64,000 bases of DNA from Vampirovibrio chlorellavorus (lineage in GTDB: Bacteria > Cyanobacteriota > Vampirovibrionia > Vampirovibrionales > Vampirovibrionaceae), in assembly GCA_001858525.1 (NCBI GenBank), contig LAPX01000001.1:161473-225472 (forward strand), written 5' to 3'. The notes below the pieces were generated by a model, which was not told the origin of the DNA, did no database searches, and saw only the letters and a program-made list of their open reading frames with translations. This document shows, one piece after another, positions 39,283 to 48,844 of the stretch. The position numbers and the translations under genes were made by a program. Positions within the stretch are counted from its first letter, which is position 1. The number at the start of each line of letters is the position of its first letter.

Positions 39283-40203
39283 ATGCCCAATCATCCCGGT
39301 CAATCGAGATTACATCGCCGTGCTTGGGGAAATGTAACGCCCGAGTATGCCCTGATTGGTGCGATTGTTCTCGGCGCGTCCTGTGTGGCCTTGGCCAATA
39401 TTGGAGATACGGTCTCCATTCTGTTTAATAATATGCTGGGCACCAAGCCAAAGCAAACCACTGAAGTCACCGCGCCGCCAACAGGCAACGGGCAAGTTAA
39501 TCCTCCCCCTCAGCAAGGTGCAGGGGTGCGCATCACCCTCTCTGATGGGACCATCATCCACTTACCGGAATACCCGCAGGATCTCACCTCATTAATCAGC
39601 ACGGCAGGGGCAAATGGAGCCACCGATGTACTGGCCAACACCATCAAAGTACTGGCCCAACAATTGCTGGATAGTGGCGCCATTACAAAGGCAGAATTCA
39701 ATAACCTGATTGCTATGTCCAACCAGGGTCACCGCATTGCCAATGTTCAAAAAGCCATTGAATCCGTGGCCCAAAATTCGAGCAGTCCCTCAGAGTTTAG
39801 TTCCAGTATGTTTGAGTTCGATGGGAACACATACAGTCTGGATGAAATCACTGCGCTCATTGGTTTCGATAACGATTCCATGGATCCCAACGCGGTTGTG
39901 GATCACCTAACCGACCCCACAGCCAGCCCCGAAATCAGTGCTTTTCAAAATCTTTTCGCAAAAGCACTGCAGACCGGCGCGTTGGATGATCCAGTGCTCC
40001 GGGATGTGGTTCAGACCTTATCAGAACAAATTCTGTCATTAAGCGACCTGACTAACATTGCAGCCTACAATATTGCAGATTACTCAGCACCTCCAAGCAG
40101 TATGACTCAGAATATAACAAGCAATTTAACCGATCAAAAAGCGGCTGGAATCTGTGGTGCCGGGGCCGGTGTGGATTCCGGAGTGCAATGCTCAGCCACC
40201 TGA
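39283..40203 (+). CDS. Flp/Tad-type prepilin with large C-terminal domain, copy 1
   Basis: RRAWG|NVTPEYALIG Flp motif, TM helix, NQGHR motif, terminal C-x12-C. Confidence 0.75.
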   Translation: MPNHPGQSRLHRRAWGNVTPEYALIGAIVLGASCVALANIGDTVSILFNNMLGTKPKQTTEVTAPPTGNGQVNPPPQQGAGVRITLSDGTIIHLPEYPQDLTSLISTAGANGATDVLANTIKVLAQQLLDSGAITKAEFNNLIAMSNQGHRIANVQKAIESVAQNSSSPSEFSSSMFEFDGNTYSLDEITALIGFDNDSMDPNAVVDHLTDPTASPEISAFQNLFAKALQTGALDDPVLRDVVQTLSEQILSLSDLTNIAAYNIADYSAPPSSMTQNITSNLTDQKAAGICGAGAGVDSGVQCSAT

Positions 40204-40349
40204 TTTTTCGATACGCCTGACCGTGACTTAAAGTTAACCGACCGACAAAAACAAGTCTGTAATTTGGAAGCTACAGGGGCCTCTAGAATGGAGGATTGAT
40301 GAAAGCCCACCCGTTTTTTAAACCCAATGTAAAAACATTTATAAATCCC

Positions 40350-40376
40350 TAAAGATTTGAGAAAAACCGTCGAAAA
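40350..40376 (+). promoter_or_regulatory. sigma28-type promoter, Flp-like copy 2
   Basis: TAAA-N15-GTCGAAAA; related sites TGTA-N15-GCCGAAAA (39192-39218) and TTCA-N15-GTCGAAAA (41454-41480). Confidence 0.55.
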
Positions 40377-40435
40377 AAAGCTAAAGATTAGGATTTACCA
40401 ACTTTAACCATCATTTACTTTATCAGGAGAACCTT

Positions 40436-41356
40436 ATGCGGCGTAAATACCCAGGCAGACCATACCGAACCGCCACTGTGGGGAATACTCTAACAGAATA
40501 TGGAATTATCGGTTTCATTGTCTTGGGGCTTAGCTGGTTGGCACTCAGCAACATGGGGGACTTTGTCTCTACCCTGTTCAAAAATATGTTGGGACAAAAA
40601 CCATCGCCAACGGCACAAGTCGCTGCACCACCGTCTTCAGTAAGCCCTCCCACGGATACTGAGGGGCCACTGACCAGTGATGTACAAGTGACCTTAGGCA
40701 ATGGCACTACCCTGGATCTGTCAAGCTACCCCCTGGATTTTACAGAATCTGTTGTCACATCAGGCGCCAACGGAACTACCAACCTGCTCGCCAATACCCT
40801 TAAATCTCTTTCTCAACAACTCCTGGAAAAAGGAGAAATCAACCAAGATCAGTTCAACACACTAATCGCCCTGGCCAATCAAGGGCACCGGATGGCAAAG
40901 ATCCAAAAAGTCATTGAGACAATGGCCTTGAACTCAACTAGCTCCAATAAATATTACAACAGTGTTTTTAATTTTGATGGACAGACTTATACCGTAGATG
41001 AAATCAGTATGATGATAGGGTTTGACTATGATGATCCCTCTTCAATTTCAGACCCTTTAACGGATCCAAACGGTGGTGCAGAAGTCATAGAATACCAAAT
41101 GCTTTTTCAACAGGCAGTCAACAGCGGCGCCTTAAATGATCCGACTTTAAATCAAGTCATACGAACATTATCATCCCAAATCATATCGTTATCGGCTTTA
41201 ACCGAACATGCCTCTTACAATATCGCTATTATTGGAGATCCCCCAGACAGTATAAGAGAAAATATTACCAGTAATTTAAACAATAAAAACGCAGCCGGGA
41301 TCTGCGGGGCAGGCAACGGTGTGGATAATGGAGTCCAGTGTGCGTCAGGCGGCTAG
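40436..41356 (+). CDS. Flp/Tad-type prepilin with large C-terminal domain, copy 2
   Basis: AGGAG RBS; basic leader, G|NTLTEYGIIG, NQGHR, ICGAGNGVDNGVQC. Confidence 0.78.
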   Translation: MRRKYPGRPYRTATVGNTLTEYGIIGFIVLGLSWLALSNMGDFVSTLFKNMLGQKPSPTAQVAAPPSSVSPPTDTEGPLTSDVQVTLGNGTTLDLSSYPLDFTESVVTSGANGTTNLLANTLKSLSQQLLEKGEINQDQFNTLIALANQGHRMAKIQKVIETMALNSTSSNKYYNSVFNFDGQTYTVDEISMMIGFDYDDPSSISDPLTDPNGGAEVIEYQMLFQQAVNSGALNDPTLNQVIRTLSSQIISLSALTEHASYNIAIIGDPPDSIRENITSNLNNKNAAGICGAGNGVDNGVQCASGG

Positions 41357-41539
41357 AATCCTGATTAGTCCATTCGCCTGAGCTGTGGAAAACTAGCCGA
41401 CCACAATTCTTAGAAAGTTTTGATTCGAATGTAGAAAATAATATAGAAATGCCTTCAGATTAAAGAAAAACCGTCGAAAAAAAGCTAAAGATTAGGATTT
41501 ACCAACTTTAACCAATGCTCACTGTATCAGGAGAACCTT

Positions 41540-42460
41540 ATGTAGCGTAAATACCGAGGCAAAACGTACCGAACCACCACTGTGGGGAATTCCCTAACAG
41601 AATATGGAATCATCGGTCTCATTGTCTTGGGGCTTAGCTGGTTGGCACTCAGCAACATGGGGGACTTTGTCTCCACCCTGTTCAAAAACATGTTGGGAGA
41701 AAAACCATCGTCAACGGCACAAGTCGCTGCACCACCGTCCTCAGGCGCAGGTATCAACACCCCTGACGCACTCACGAATAACCTGAACGATGGAAGCTTA
41801 CTTGAAATTGGATTAAGTAAAAGGTTGCAAACGTTAGGGGCAAACGGTGCAACTTCTACTCTGGCAAACGAATTGATAAGAGTGGCAGAGGAGGCCTTGG
41901 CTACTGAAAAAATCAATCAAGAGCAGTATGATATTTTGATACAGCTTGCTAATCAAGGTCACAGAATGGCTGACATTCAGTTTATGATTGAGAATGCCAT
42001 TGAACTTTCTAATGGGAATTATAATGAATTTAGTTCGAGTGAAGTTACCTGGGATGGGCGTACTTATACGGTATTAGAACTCTCTAAGATGTTAGGTCAT
42101 GATGGCTCGCCTAATATTTACACATCAGAAGGAAATATTTTAGAAGATCTATCTTCTATGAAAAACAGTGCCGTAGATCCTGAACTGGCTGCATTTATAA
42201 ATCTGTATAAGCAAGCACTGGATAGCGGCGCTCTATCGGATCCTTTGGTGAGCTCCACCGTGGAAAGCGCAGCCACTCAGATTGCAAGTATTGGGGAAAT
42301 TGTACAGCATTCTATTTATGAATTTTCAGAAGGTGATGTTAACACCGTTTCCGAGTTTAAGGATAACCAGGTTTCCATTGCAACAGATATGGAGTCTTCT
42401 AATATTTGCAAGGCTGGAGATTACGACGACAGTGGCGTTTACTGTTCACCCAAGAATTAG
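41540..42460 (+). pseudogene. Flp/Tad-type prepilin copy 3 with TAG at codon 2 (may restart at GTG 41582)
   Basis: AGGAG-ATG TAG CGT AAA TAC aligns with ATG CGG CGT AAA TAC of copy 2; remainder is an intact ORF. Confidence 0.65.
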
Positions 42461-42615
42461 GGATTGAAAAATCAGGAGATTATCTCTGAGGAACTAAAAA
42501 TCAGCCGAATGACTATCTCAGGACCCCAATTCGGGTAATCCAGAGACTGGCAGAAAAGAATAAAATAAAGGGGTTCCACCCTCCCGTCAGGAGATAGCTA
42601 TCAAGGAGGCTCCTG

Positions 42616-42981
42616 ATGACATGCTCAGACTTAGCTCTTCTTAAAACGGAATGGCTCTCAAGAAGAAAGCCTGACGCTACCCTATTGCGGGCAACCCACT
42701 TTGAAAAACTGATTCAATGCTTTAGTCAGGGCTACCCGCCCTCAGTTCAAATGCCATCGGTTGTATCACTGGCAGCGCTTTACCAGTGCGAGATTCTGTC
42801 CTTGTTGGGCAGCCTGAAACAATTGCATCAACATGCCTACGACTACAGGATGAACAGCCTGGATTTACCGCTGGTGCTTCTGGATCCGCTGTCTCGTTTT
42901 CGTTGCAGAAAATCACTGCTACGCCTGAAAAAAAGACAGACTCTCAAAAATAAGAAACAGGTAAACCCTTACCACTTATGA
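42616..42981 (+). CDS. hypothetical protein
   Basis: Strong AAGGAGG RBS; 121-aa ORF. Confidence 0.5.
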   Translation: MTCSDLALLKTEWLSRRKPDATLLRATHFEKLIQCFSQGYPPSVQMPSVVSLAALYQCEILSLLGSLKQLHQHAYDYRMNSLDLPLVLLDPLSRFRCRKSLLRLKKRQTLKNKKQVNPYHL

Positions 42982-43030
42982 TACCCAGAGTAAACCACCC
43001 ATCGTGATTCACTTGGAGGAGAGACCCACT

Positions 43031-43486
43031 ATGAAGATTTTATTGCCCATTGATGGCTCCGATTGCTCAAACCGCACGCTGGAATGGGCAAGCCAAACCT
43101 TTGATCCACAAAACACCCAGTATCACTTATTGTTTGTCATACCAGTTTTGCCGGACTTAAACACAGTGGAATTCGATATCGTGGAAGCCACGGCCATGTT
43201 ACGAAAAGCCGGTAATTACCTGGAGCGCCAGCATTGTACCGTGGGCAGCTCCGATTACGCGCTGGGAGACACGGTGGATCAGATTTGCCGATACGCCGAT
43301 GATATTAATGCCGATCAAATTGTACTGGGCTCCCATGGCAGAACCGGCCTGGCAAAGCTGATTATGGGGAGCACCAGTACCCAGGTTTTGGAACGCAGCC
43401 GCAGACCGGTCACCATCCATCATCCAGTGCCCATCAGTGGCAGTGCCAAAGCGGTCAGCCAGACCGAAGAAGCACTCAGCACCTGA
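43031..43486 (+). CDS. universal stress protein (UspA family)
   Basis: MKILLPIDGS, ADQIVLGSHGRTG..MGSTS..VL..S..PV; GGAGGA RBS. Confidence 0.92.
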   Translation: MKILLPIDGSDCSNRTLEWASQTFDPQNTQYHLLFVIPVLPDLNTVEFDIVEATAMLRKAGNYLERQHCTVGSSDYALGDTVDQICRYADDINADQIVLGSHGRTGLAKLIMGSTSTQVLERSRRPVTIHHPVPISGSAKAVSQTEEALST

Positions 43487-43882
43487 AGCACGGGCTTACA
43501 CAAAAAGCATTCAGTTTGCATTTAACCCAAGGGCATAAAACTCAGCCCTGCAACAGAAGCCCTGCGGAAGGCTTCTGTTGGTTATGCAAAATTTCAATAG
43601 CCCATCAGCATCAACAGATTGTGCGGTCAGTCTTACCATTTCCGGAGAAATTACCCAAGTGGTTAGGTATGTTTACACAGCATTTTGCATACAATAAACA
43701 CTGTTCGGAGTCTCAAAGCCCAAGGCGTTGACTCCCTTTTGGACCCCAGTTTTTACGTTTGGAATGGTTATTTACCCGTGGAAAAGGATATCGTTTGATT
43801 AAACTCATTGGCTGAATGCGCCTTTTTCTCTTCTAACGAGAAAGTGGCTAAAGACTTAGCGTGGTCACAGTACATCATTCCC

Positions 43883-43914
43883 AGCCCCTCCAGGCTTTGC
43901 TGAGGGGTTTTTTC
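43883..43914 (+). terminator. intrinsic terminator
   Basis: AGCCCCTC...GAGGGGTT followed by a T run. Confidence 0.55.
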
Positions 43915-43979
43915 ATGTCTGGAACACCACAACAAAATTTACTCAAGCAGTGACAAATATGTTGTGAAAGGATACTGAC

Positions 43980-44315
43980 CTAATATTTTGCTGGAAAACG
44001 ACGATGGCCAGGAATCTGTCGTTTATAGCTGGCGGGTTGCGAAGGAGCTTTTGCCGTGCCATTCAGCGCCGCAACACCGGGACGCAACAACGGACTCTGA
44101 GTGTAAAGCTGACTCTTGAATTCCAGAATATCCACAGCGCCTTGCTGGGCCCGTTGCTCCGTGCGGGGAACGTTGACTCTGCGCAGTAACTTCATGACCT
44201 GCTGTGTACCGGCCAATTCCGCAGGAATCCGCACAGACGATTTGGCAAAACCAACGCCCGTCACCAAAAATAAGGTAACTACTAATCCAGTCACGTAACC
44301 AGTGAATCGAGTCAT
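43980..44315 (-). CDS. hypothetical exported protein
   Basis: Signal peptide VTGLVVTLFLVTGVGFA; GAGG RBS upstream. Confidence 0.5.
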   Translation of the reverse strand: MTRFTGYVTGLVVTLFLVTGVGFAKSSVRIPAELAGTQQVMKLLRRVNVPRTEQRAQQGAVDILEFKSQLYTQSPLLRPGVAALNGTAKAPSQPASYKRQIPGHRRFPAKY

Positions 44316-44548
44316 ATTATGAGACCTCATCCGGGCTAACCTCGTTGTCTTCCTCTGTGAACCTGATATCGAACTGACATCGGTAAAATGAGAGTTGCTC
44401 ACTAAAAAACAAAAAACATACAATAGTTGCCTCTAACCCATCATTTTACACAGTACCTAAACAGCCACTGAAATACATCCCCAGTTTGTAGGGGTCAACC
44501 GTCTAATCGAGCAAGATGGGGTCTGATTTTCCCGTTAAACCAGAACAA

Positions 44549-44581
44549 AAAGGGCACCCTCGAAGTGAGGATGCCCTTTTT
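44549..44581 (-). terminator. terminator of the PFOR operon
   Basis: AAAAGGGCA.CCTC...GAGG.TGCCCTTTT inverted repeat. Confidence 0.65.
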
Positions 44582-44601
44582 CAGGAATCAGAGGACAGCG
44601 A

Positions 44602-46239
44602 TTAAGCAGTCACTGTCTTTTTGGCTTCCATTTCAGCCAAGAGGTCCTTGTTTTCAATGCCAGCCAGCTCTTGCAGCAAACGCCAGTTTAACTGCCGATC
44701 CAGTTTAGCGTTCTGGATATCCTGAGTGGTTGGATTACCGTCTTTGTCAAAGTGCTTTTTGAAGCGCCCTTCAGTTTTGGCCCAATCAATGAAGGTCAAC
44801 TCCTGCATCTCGCCATCCGGCCCTTTGACCCAGGCCCAATCCCGATCCGGGTTGGGGTTGCCGGTCATGTTGAAGCGGCTCTTCATAGTGGGGCCAGCCT
44901 CTGGATCGTAGATGAACAGAGGGAAGGCCCGGCTTTGAACGGCCAGCTTGGCTTGATGGGCAGCCATGTTGTCAGCCACACCGTGTTCAGGTTGGCAAGT
45001 GGTGAACACGTTAATGACAGCAGGCCCTTTGAATTCCAAAGCCCGGTTAATGACCTTGAAGAAGTGGGTGGTGTTAGACCCAATGGTTTGGGCCACAAAC
45101 ACATTGGGGTGCATCACGCAGATCTGACCCAACTCTTTACGGCGCTCCAGCTTACCGTGATGGGATTTACCGTAGGCGCCCATTTTGGACTCCTGACCGG
45201 TGTAAGAAGAGGTGGACTGCTGACCGCCGGTGTTGGAGTACACCTGAGTATCCAGAACCAGCACCTTGATGTTCATGCCCGACATCAACATCCGGCTCAG
45301 GGCCTGGAATCCGATGTCCAACATGGCGCCGTCGCCGCCCATGTTCCACAATACCCAGTCTTCATGACCGTTTTGATCCCAGTAGGCACGAACGCCCATG
45401 GCATCGGTGGGGCCATTTTCAAACAGGGAGTTGGTCCACGGCACCGTGTAAGGGTTGTAAGGGTAGGTGGAACCGTACACGGTGTTACAGCCAGTGGAGG
45501 CCACGATACCGAAACGATCGCCTACTTTTTCGTGCGTGGCAGCCAACATTTGACGGATGACCGAGGCTTCACCGCAACCCATGCAGGAGCCAGCGCCGCC
45601 TTTGTACATGTTCAGGTTACCCAGCTTCAGCATCAAGTCACGCATATCGGCTTTGTTGATGTGGGTGAACGGAGACTCTGGCAGGGATTTGTAGAAACCA
45701 TAGGTTTCCAGATAGGTGGGCAGATTTTCGGGGGTTTTCTTGATCATCTTCAAAGCGTCGTGGTTGCCGCAGACTTCCACGCACTCGCCGCAGCCCTTGC
45801 ACTTGGTGGGATCGATGAAAATACCGAACAAGGCGCCTTCAGGCAGAGAAGAATCCTTGGCCCGCTTTTTCTCGAACTGGCCGTGGTACTTCACGGTGGT
45901 AGCAAACTGCTTGCGCAGGTACTCTTTGTGGGATTCATCCGTGACGTTGGCCAGTTCTTTTTCCAAATCTTCCGGCTTCACGATTTTGCCCAAAATAGCG
46001 GTATCCGGGCAATTGTTGACGCAATCCATACAGCCGACGCAATTTTCAGCCAGGTACTCCGGCAGTTCCGGCGCAATGTAGCTGAAATCACGCGCACCAC
46101 CGGTACCGGCAGGCAGTACACTCTGGGCCACGAATTCATCGGCAGGCTGACTGGAGCCAGCGCCTTTGTTATAGGCGTCTACCACTTCTTCCGCTCGCTG
46201 GTAGTCGTACCAGTGATTGTTCTTTTCTTGTGCACTCAT
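44602..46239 (-). CDS. pyruvate:ferredoxin oxidoreductase, ferredoxin (delta) plus TPP-binding (beta) subunit
   Basis: CVGCMDCVNNCP and CKGCGECVEVC 4Fe-4S motifs; GSCMGCGE, GGDGAMLDIG, YSNTGGQ. Confidence 0.9.
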   Translation of the reverse strand: MSAQEKNNHWYDYQRAEEVVDAYNKGAGSSQPADEFVAQSVLPAGTGGARDFSYIAPELPEYLAENCVGCMDCVNNCPDTAILGKIVKPEDLEKELANVTDESHKEYLRKQFATTVKYHGQFEKKRAKDSSLPEGALFGIFIDPTKCKGCGECVEVCGNHDALKMIKKTPENLPTYLETYGFYKSLPESPFTHINKADMRDLMLKLGNLNMYKGGAGSCMGCGEASVIRQMLAATHEKVGDRFGIVASTGCNTVYGSTYPYNPYTVPWTNSLFENGPTDAMGVRAYWDQNGHEDWVLWNMGGDGAMLDIGFQALSRMLMSGMNIKVLVLDTQVYSNTGGQQSTSSYTGQESKMGAYGKSHHGKLERRKELGQICVMHPNVFVAQTIGSNTTHFFKVINRALEFKGPAVINVFTTCQPEHGVADNMAAHQAKLAVQSRAFPLFIYDPEAGPTMKSRFNMTGNPNPDRDWAWVKGPDGEMQELTFIDWAKTEGRFKKHFDKDGNPTTQDIQNAKLDRQLNWRLLQELAGIENKDLLAEMEAKKTVTA

Positions 46240-46305
46240 GGGGATAAAACTCCTTTATTCGCAAGTTTTAAAACGATTGGCGGCAGTATGCCAGAGATTG
46301 CCGGG

Positions 46306-48363
46306 CTAGATAAAGAACGCGTTGGTGTCTTTACCTTTGGCTTCCCATTCCAGACGGCCTTTTTCCAGCACATCAGCCGGAGTACCATCAATCACGGAAC
46401 GAGGAACCTCCAGAACCTGGTTGAAGCCTTTGCGAGCCGCTTCCAGGTTGTCCCGAACCACGTCAGCCCCTTTGCGACCAAAGTATTTCTCAATGGGGAT
46501 ACGCACCCGATCGAACAACTCATCGTCGCTCAAGCCAGCATCCTTCTGGAACGGCGTGAGGCGCAGGAACACGCCCAGCAACACAATTCCCTGGAAGCGC
46601 TGTACCAGCGAGTCATCGGATTTACAGCTTTCCTGAGCAATGCGGATGGTATCAACGCCGTAGAAGCGAATATTATTTTCTTTAATAAAGTATTTGGCCC
46701 AATCCGGCACCGAGTTCCACAACAATTGAGGATCTTCGGTGGGGGTGTGCTGGAAGAGGGTGCAACCGGGCTGTAAGCCAACCAGGGGGTTACCCATGTT
46801 CCAGGTGTTGGGGTCCATCAGGGGAACAAACTCTACTTGAATCAGCTCGCTGTGGGTCCCGATTTTACCGGACTTGGTCGTGGTCAGGTAAGTGTTGGTG
46901 GGCAAGCCTTTTTTCTCGGAACCATATTTGGGAGAAGCCTGCACTTTGAAACCAAAGATGTCGCCCAAGCAGGTCGCGATAATTTTATTGGTGGTCACCG
47001 AACCGTAACCGCCCACGGAGTGGCCGCGAATGGAGAAGGCACCGGCAGGACGCACATCCGGCTCATCGCTCACTTCCAGTGCACTGGCGTGATCAATGCC
47101 CAAACTAAAGAAGCGCTTGTTCAAGCCCTTCTCGGTCATATTTTCAACGGTAGCAACCATTTGACCCGGGGTTACATCACGGCTACCCAGACCGGCCACA
47201 CCGGAGTAAATCACCGGAATACGGTCGATTTTTGGATAACCAGGCGTGCCCATAGCCGCCTTAGCGAAGGCCGCTTCAATTTCAGCGGTCAAGGGGTTGG
47301 AGACACCCAGGGGGTTGTCCATCCGCTCAATGACAGCAAAGGCTTTCAGGTGCTTGAGGGCCTCGACCACTTGTGGGCCGGGGAAAGGACGGAAAGAAGT
47401 AATGGTCAGGCTGCCGGTTTTGTGACCCAGGCTGCGCAGGTGATCCAGGGTAACCGAGGCGGTTTCAGCCGTAGAACCCATTGCCACGATGCCATACTCG
47501 GCATCTTTCAGCTGGAAAGGCACCGTTAAGGAATAACGACGGCCGGTCAGCTTGTAGAATTCTTCCATAGCCTCTTCCAGGGCCGCAGGAATTTGATCGT
47601 AGAAGATGCGCTGAGCGATTTTTCCAGCCATGTAGCTGTCTTGGTTCTGAACCACACCACTCATCAGGGGAAAGTTGGGATCAAACAGTTTGCGCAGTTT
47701 CTCTTCCGGGGCGCCCAGGAACTCCCGAACCAGTTCATCTTCCTGGAACAGAACGTTTTCAATGGTGTGCGTGGTCAAAAAGCCATCCTGAATGTTCATA
47801 AACGGCGTTTTGGTTTTTTCAGCCACCCGACGGGAAATCAAGCACAAATCGCCAGCTTCCTGAGCGTTTTGGGCAAACAACATGCCCCAACCCACATCGG
47901 TAACGGACATTACATCATCGTGTCCGGCGTGTACGTTCAGAGAATGAGAGGTCAAAGCACGGGCACCAATGTTAAACACAAGCCCCAAACGCTTCCCGGA
48001 GATGGTGTAAAGCACTTCCTTCATCAAAACCAGGCCTTGACCGGAGGTGAAGTTGGTTACCCGGCCACCAGCCACGGCATAGCCTTCGGAAGCGGAAGCC
48101 GAACTATGCTCGGATTCCGGCTGGAGCCACATAATGTCTTTGCCCCAAACGTTTTTCATACCGTTAGAATAAGCGGTTTGATAGCCAACCCCCATGCTGG
48201 TTGAAGGGGTGATGGGGTAAGCAATACCAGCCTCACAGGCACGTGTTTCCACGTGTACCACCATGGCCGAGCCATCAGCAGTACCGGGAATACCGGGGTA
48301 CTTGAATTTTTGCGCTGACACGTTAGATTCTTCCTGTGTTTTAGGCGGTTGGGCAAGAGCCAT
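46306..48363 (-). CDS. pyruvate:ferredoxin oxidoreductase, alpha plus gamma subunit
   Basis: YPITPS, ESEHS, FTSGQGL, GLGSRD, GGYGSV, YGSEKKG. Confidence 0.9.
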   Translation of the reverse strand: MALAQPPKTQEESNVSAQKFKYPGIPGTADGSAMVVHVETRACEAGIAYPITPSTSMGVGYQTAYSNGMKNVWGKDIMWLQPESEHSSASASEGYAVAGGRVTNFTSGQGLVLMKEVLYTISGKRLGLVFNIGARALTSHSLNVHAGHDDVMSVTDVGWGMLFAQNAQEAGDLCLISRRVAEKTKTPFMNIQDGFLTTHTIENVLFQEDELVREFLGAPEEKLRKLFDPNFPLMSGVVQNQDSYMAGKIAQRIFYDQIPAALEEAMEEFYKLTGRRYSLTVPFQLKDAEYGIVAMGSTAETASVTLDHLRSLGHKTGSLTITSFRPFPGPQVVEALKHLKAFAVIERMDNPLGVSNPLTAEIEAAFAKAAMGTPGYPKIDRIPVIYSGVAGLGSRDVTPGQMVATVENMTEKGLNKRFFSLGIDHASALEVSDEPDVRPAGAFSIRGHSVGGYGSVTTNKIIATCLGDIFGFKVQASPKYGSEKKGLPTNTYLTTTKSGKIGTHSELIQVEFVPLMDPNTWNMGNPLVGLQPGCTLFQHTPTEDPQLLWNSVPDWAKYFIKENNIRFYGVDTIRIAQESCKSDDSLVQRFQGIVLLGVFLRLTPFQKDAGLSDDELFDRVRIPIEKYFGRKGADVVRDNLEAARKGFNQVLEVPRSVIDGTPADVLEKGRLEWEAKGKDTNAFFI

Positions 48364-48669
48364 AAACGCTTCTCCTATTCAGTATGAACAAAGTGGTCAA
48401 AAAAAAACTTCAGTTGAGGGTTCGAGTCGTAAGTAAAACAGCAAATGGCTCAGTGAGACTTGTTTCAGGGTCACTGGCCCATTGCCAAGCTCTTGAGTCA
48501 TTAACTCCTGAGCCGTAAAACCGGGGGTGAGGATCTCAAACTGCCATCTATTGTACAGAAAATGCGGTATTTTCAAAGCGCTGTTTTCAATCCTTGGGGG
48601 ATAAGCCGCTTGAAGCCTATGCCTGAAAACGACTGCCCGTGTATGATTCTGGGGATTTGTTAACTTTAT

Positions 48670-48750
48670 CGAATTTTTTTTCGAATTAACGCTTGCCTTT
48701 TTGCCAAGGAAGAGTATCATAGAATTTACGTTCGATAGAAAAAGCGTTCG
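48670..48750 (+). promoter_or_regulatory. three putative LexA boxes around the lexA promoter
   Basis: CGAATTTTTTTTCG (48670-83), AGAATTTACGTTCG (48721-34), AGAAAAAGCGTTCG (48737-50) flanking TTGCCT-N16-TATCAT. Confidence 0.65.
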
Positions 48751-48844
48751 AGAGCAATTAAAACACCGCTCATCAATCGCTTACCTGTCAATCAATCGAA
48801 CCCCATTACAATCACTCTCATTTAGAGAACACGCCGCCAGCAAG

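Noticed and set aside
44752..46776. 674-aa plus-strand ORF
   Set aside because: Antisense shadow of the PFOR genes; no recognisable motifs
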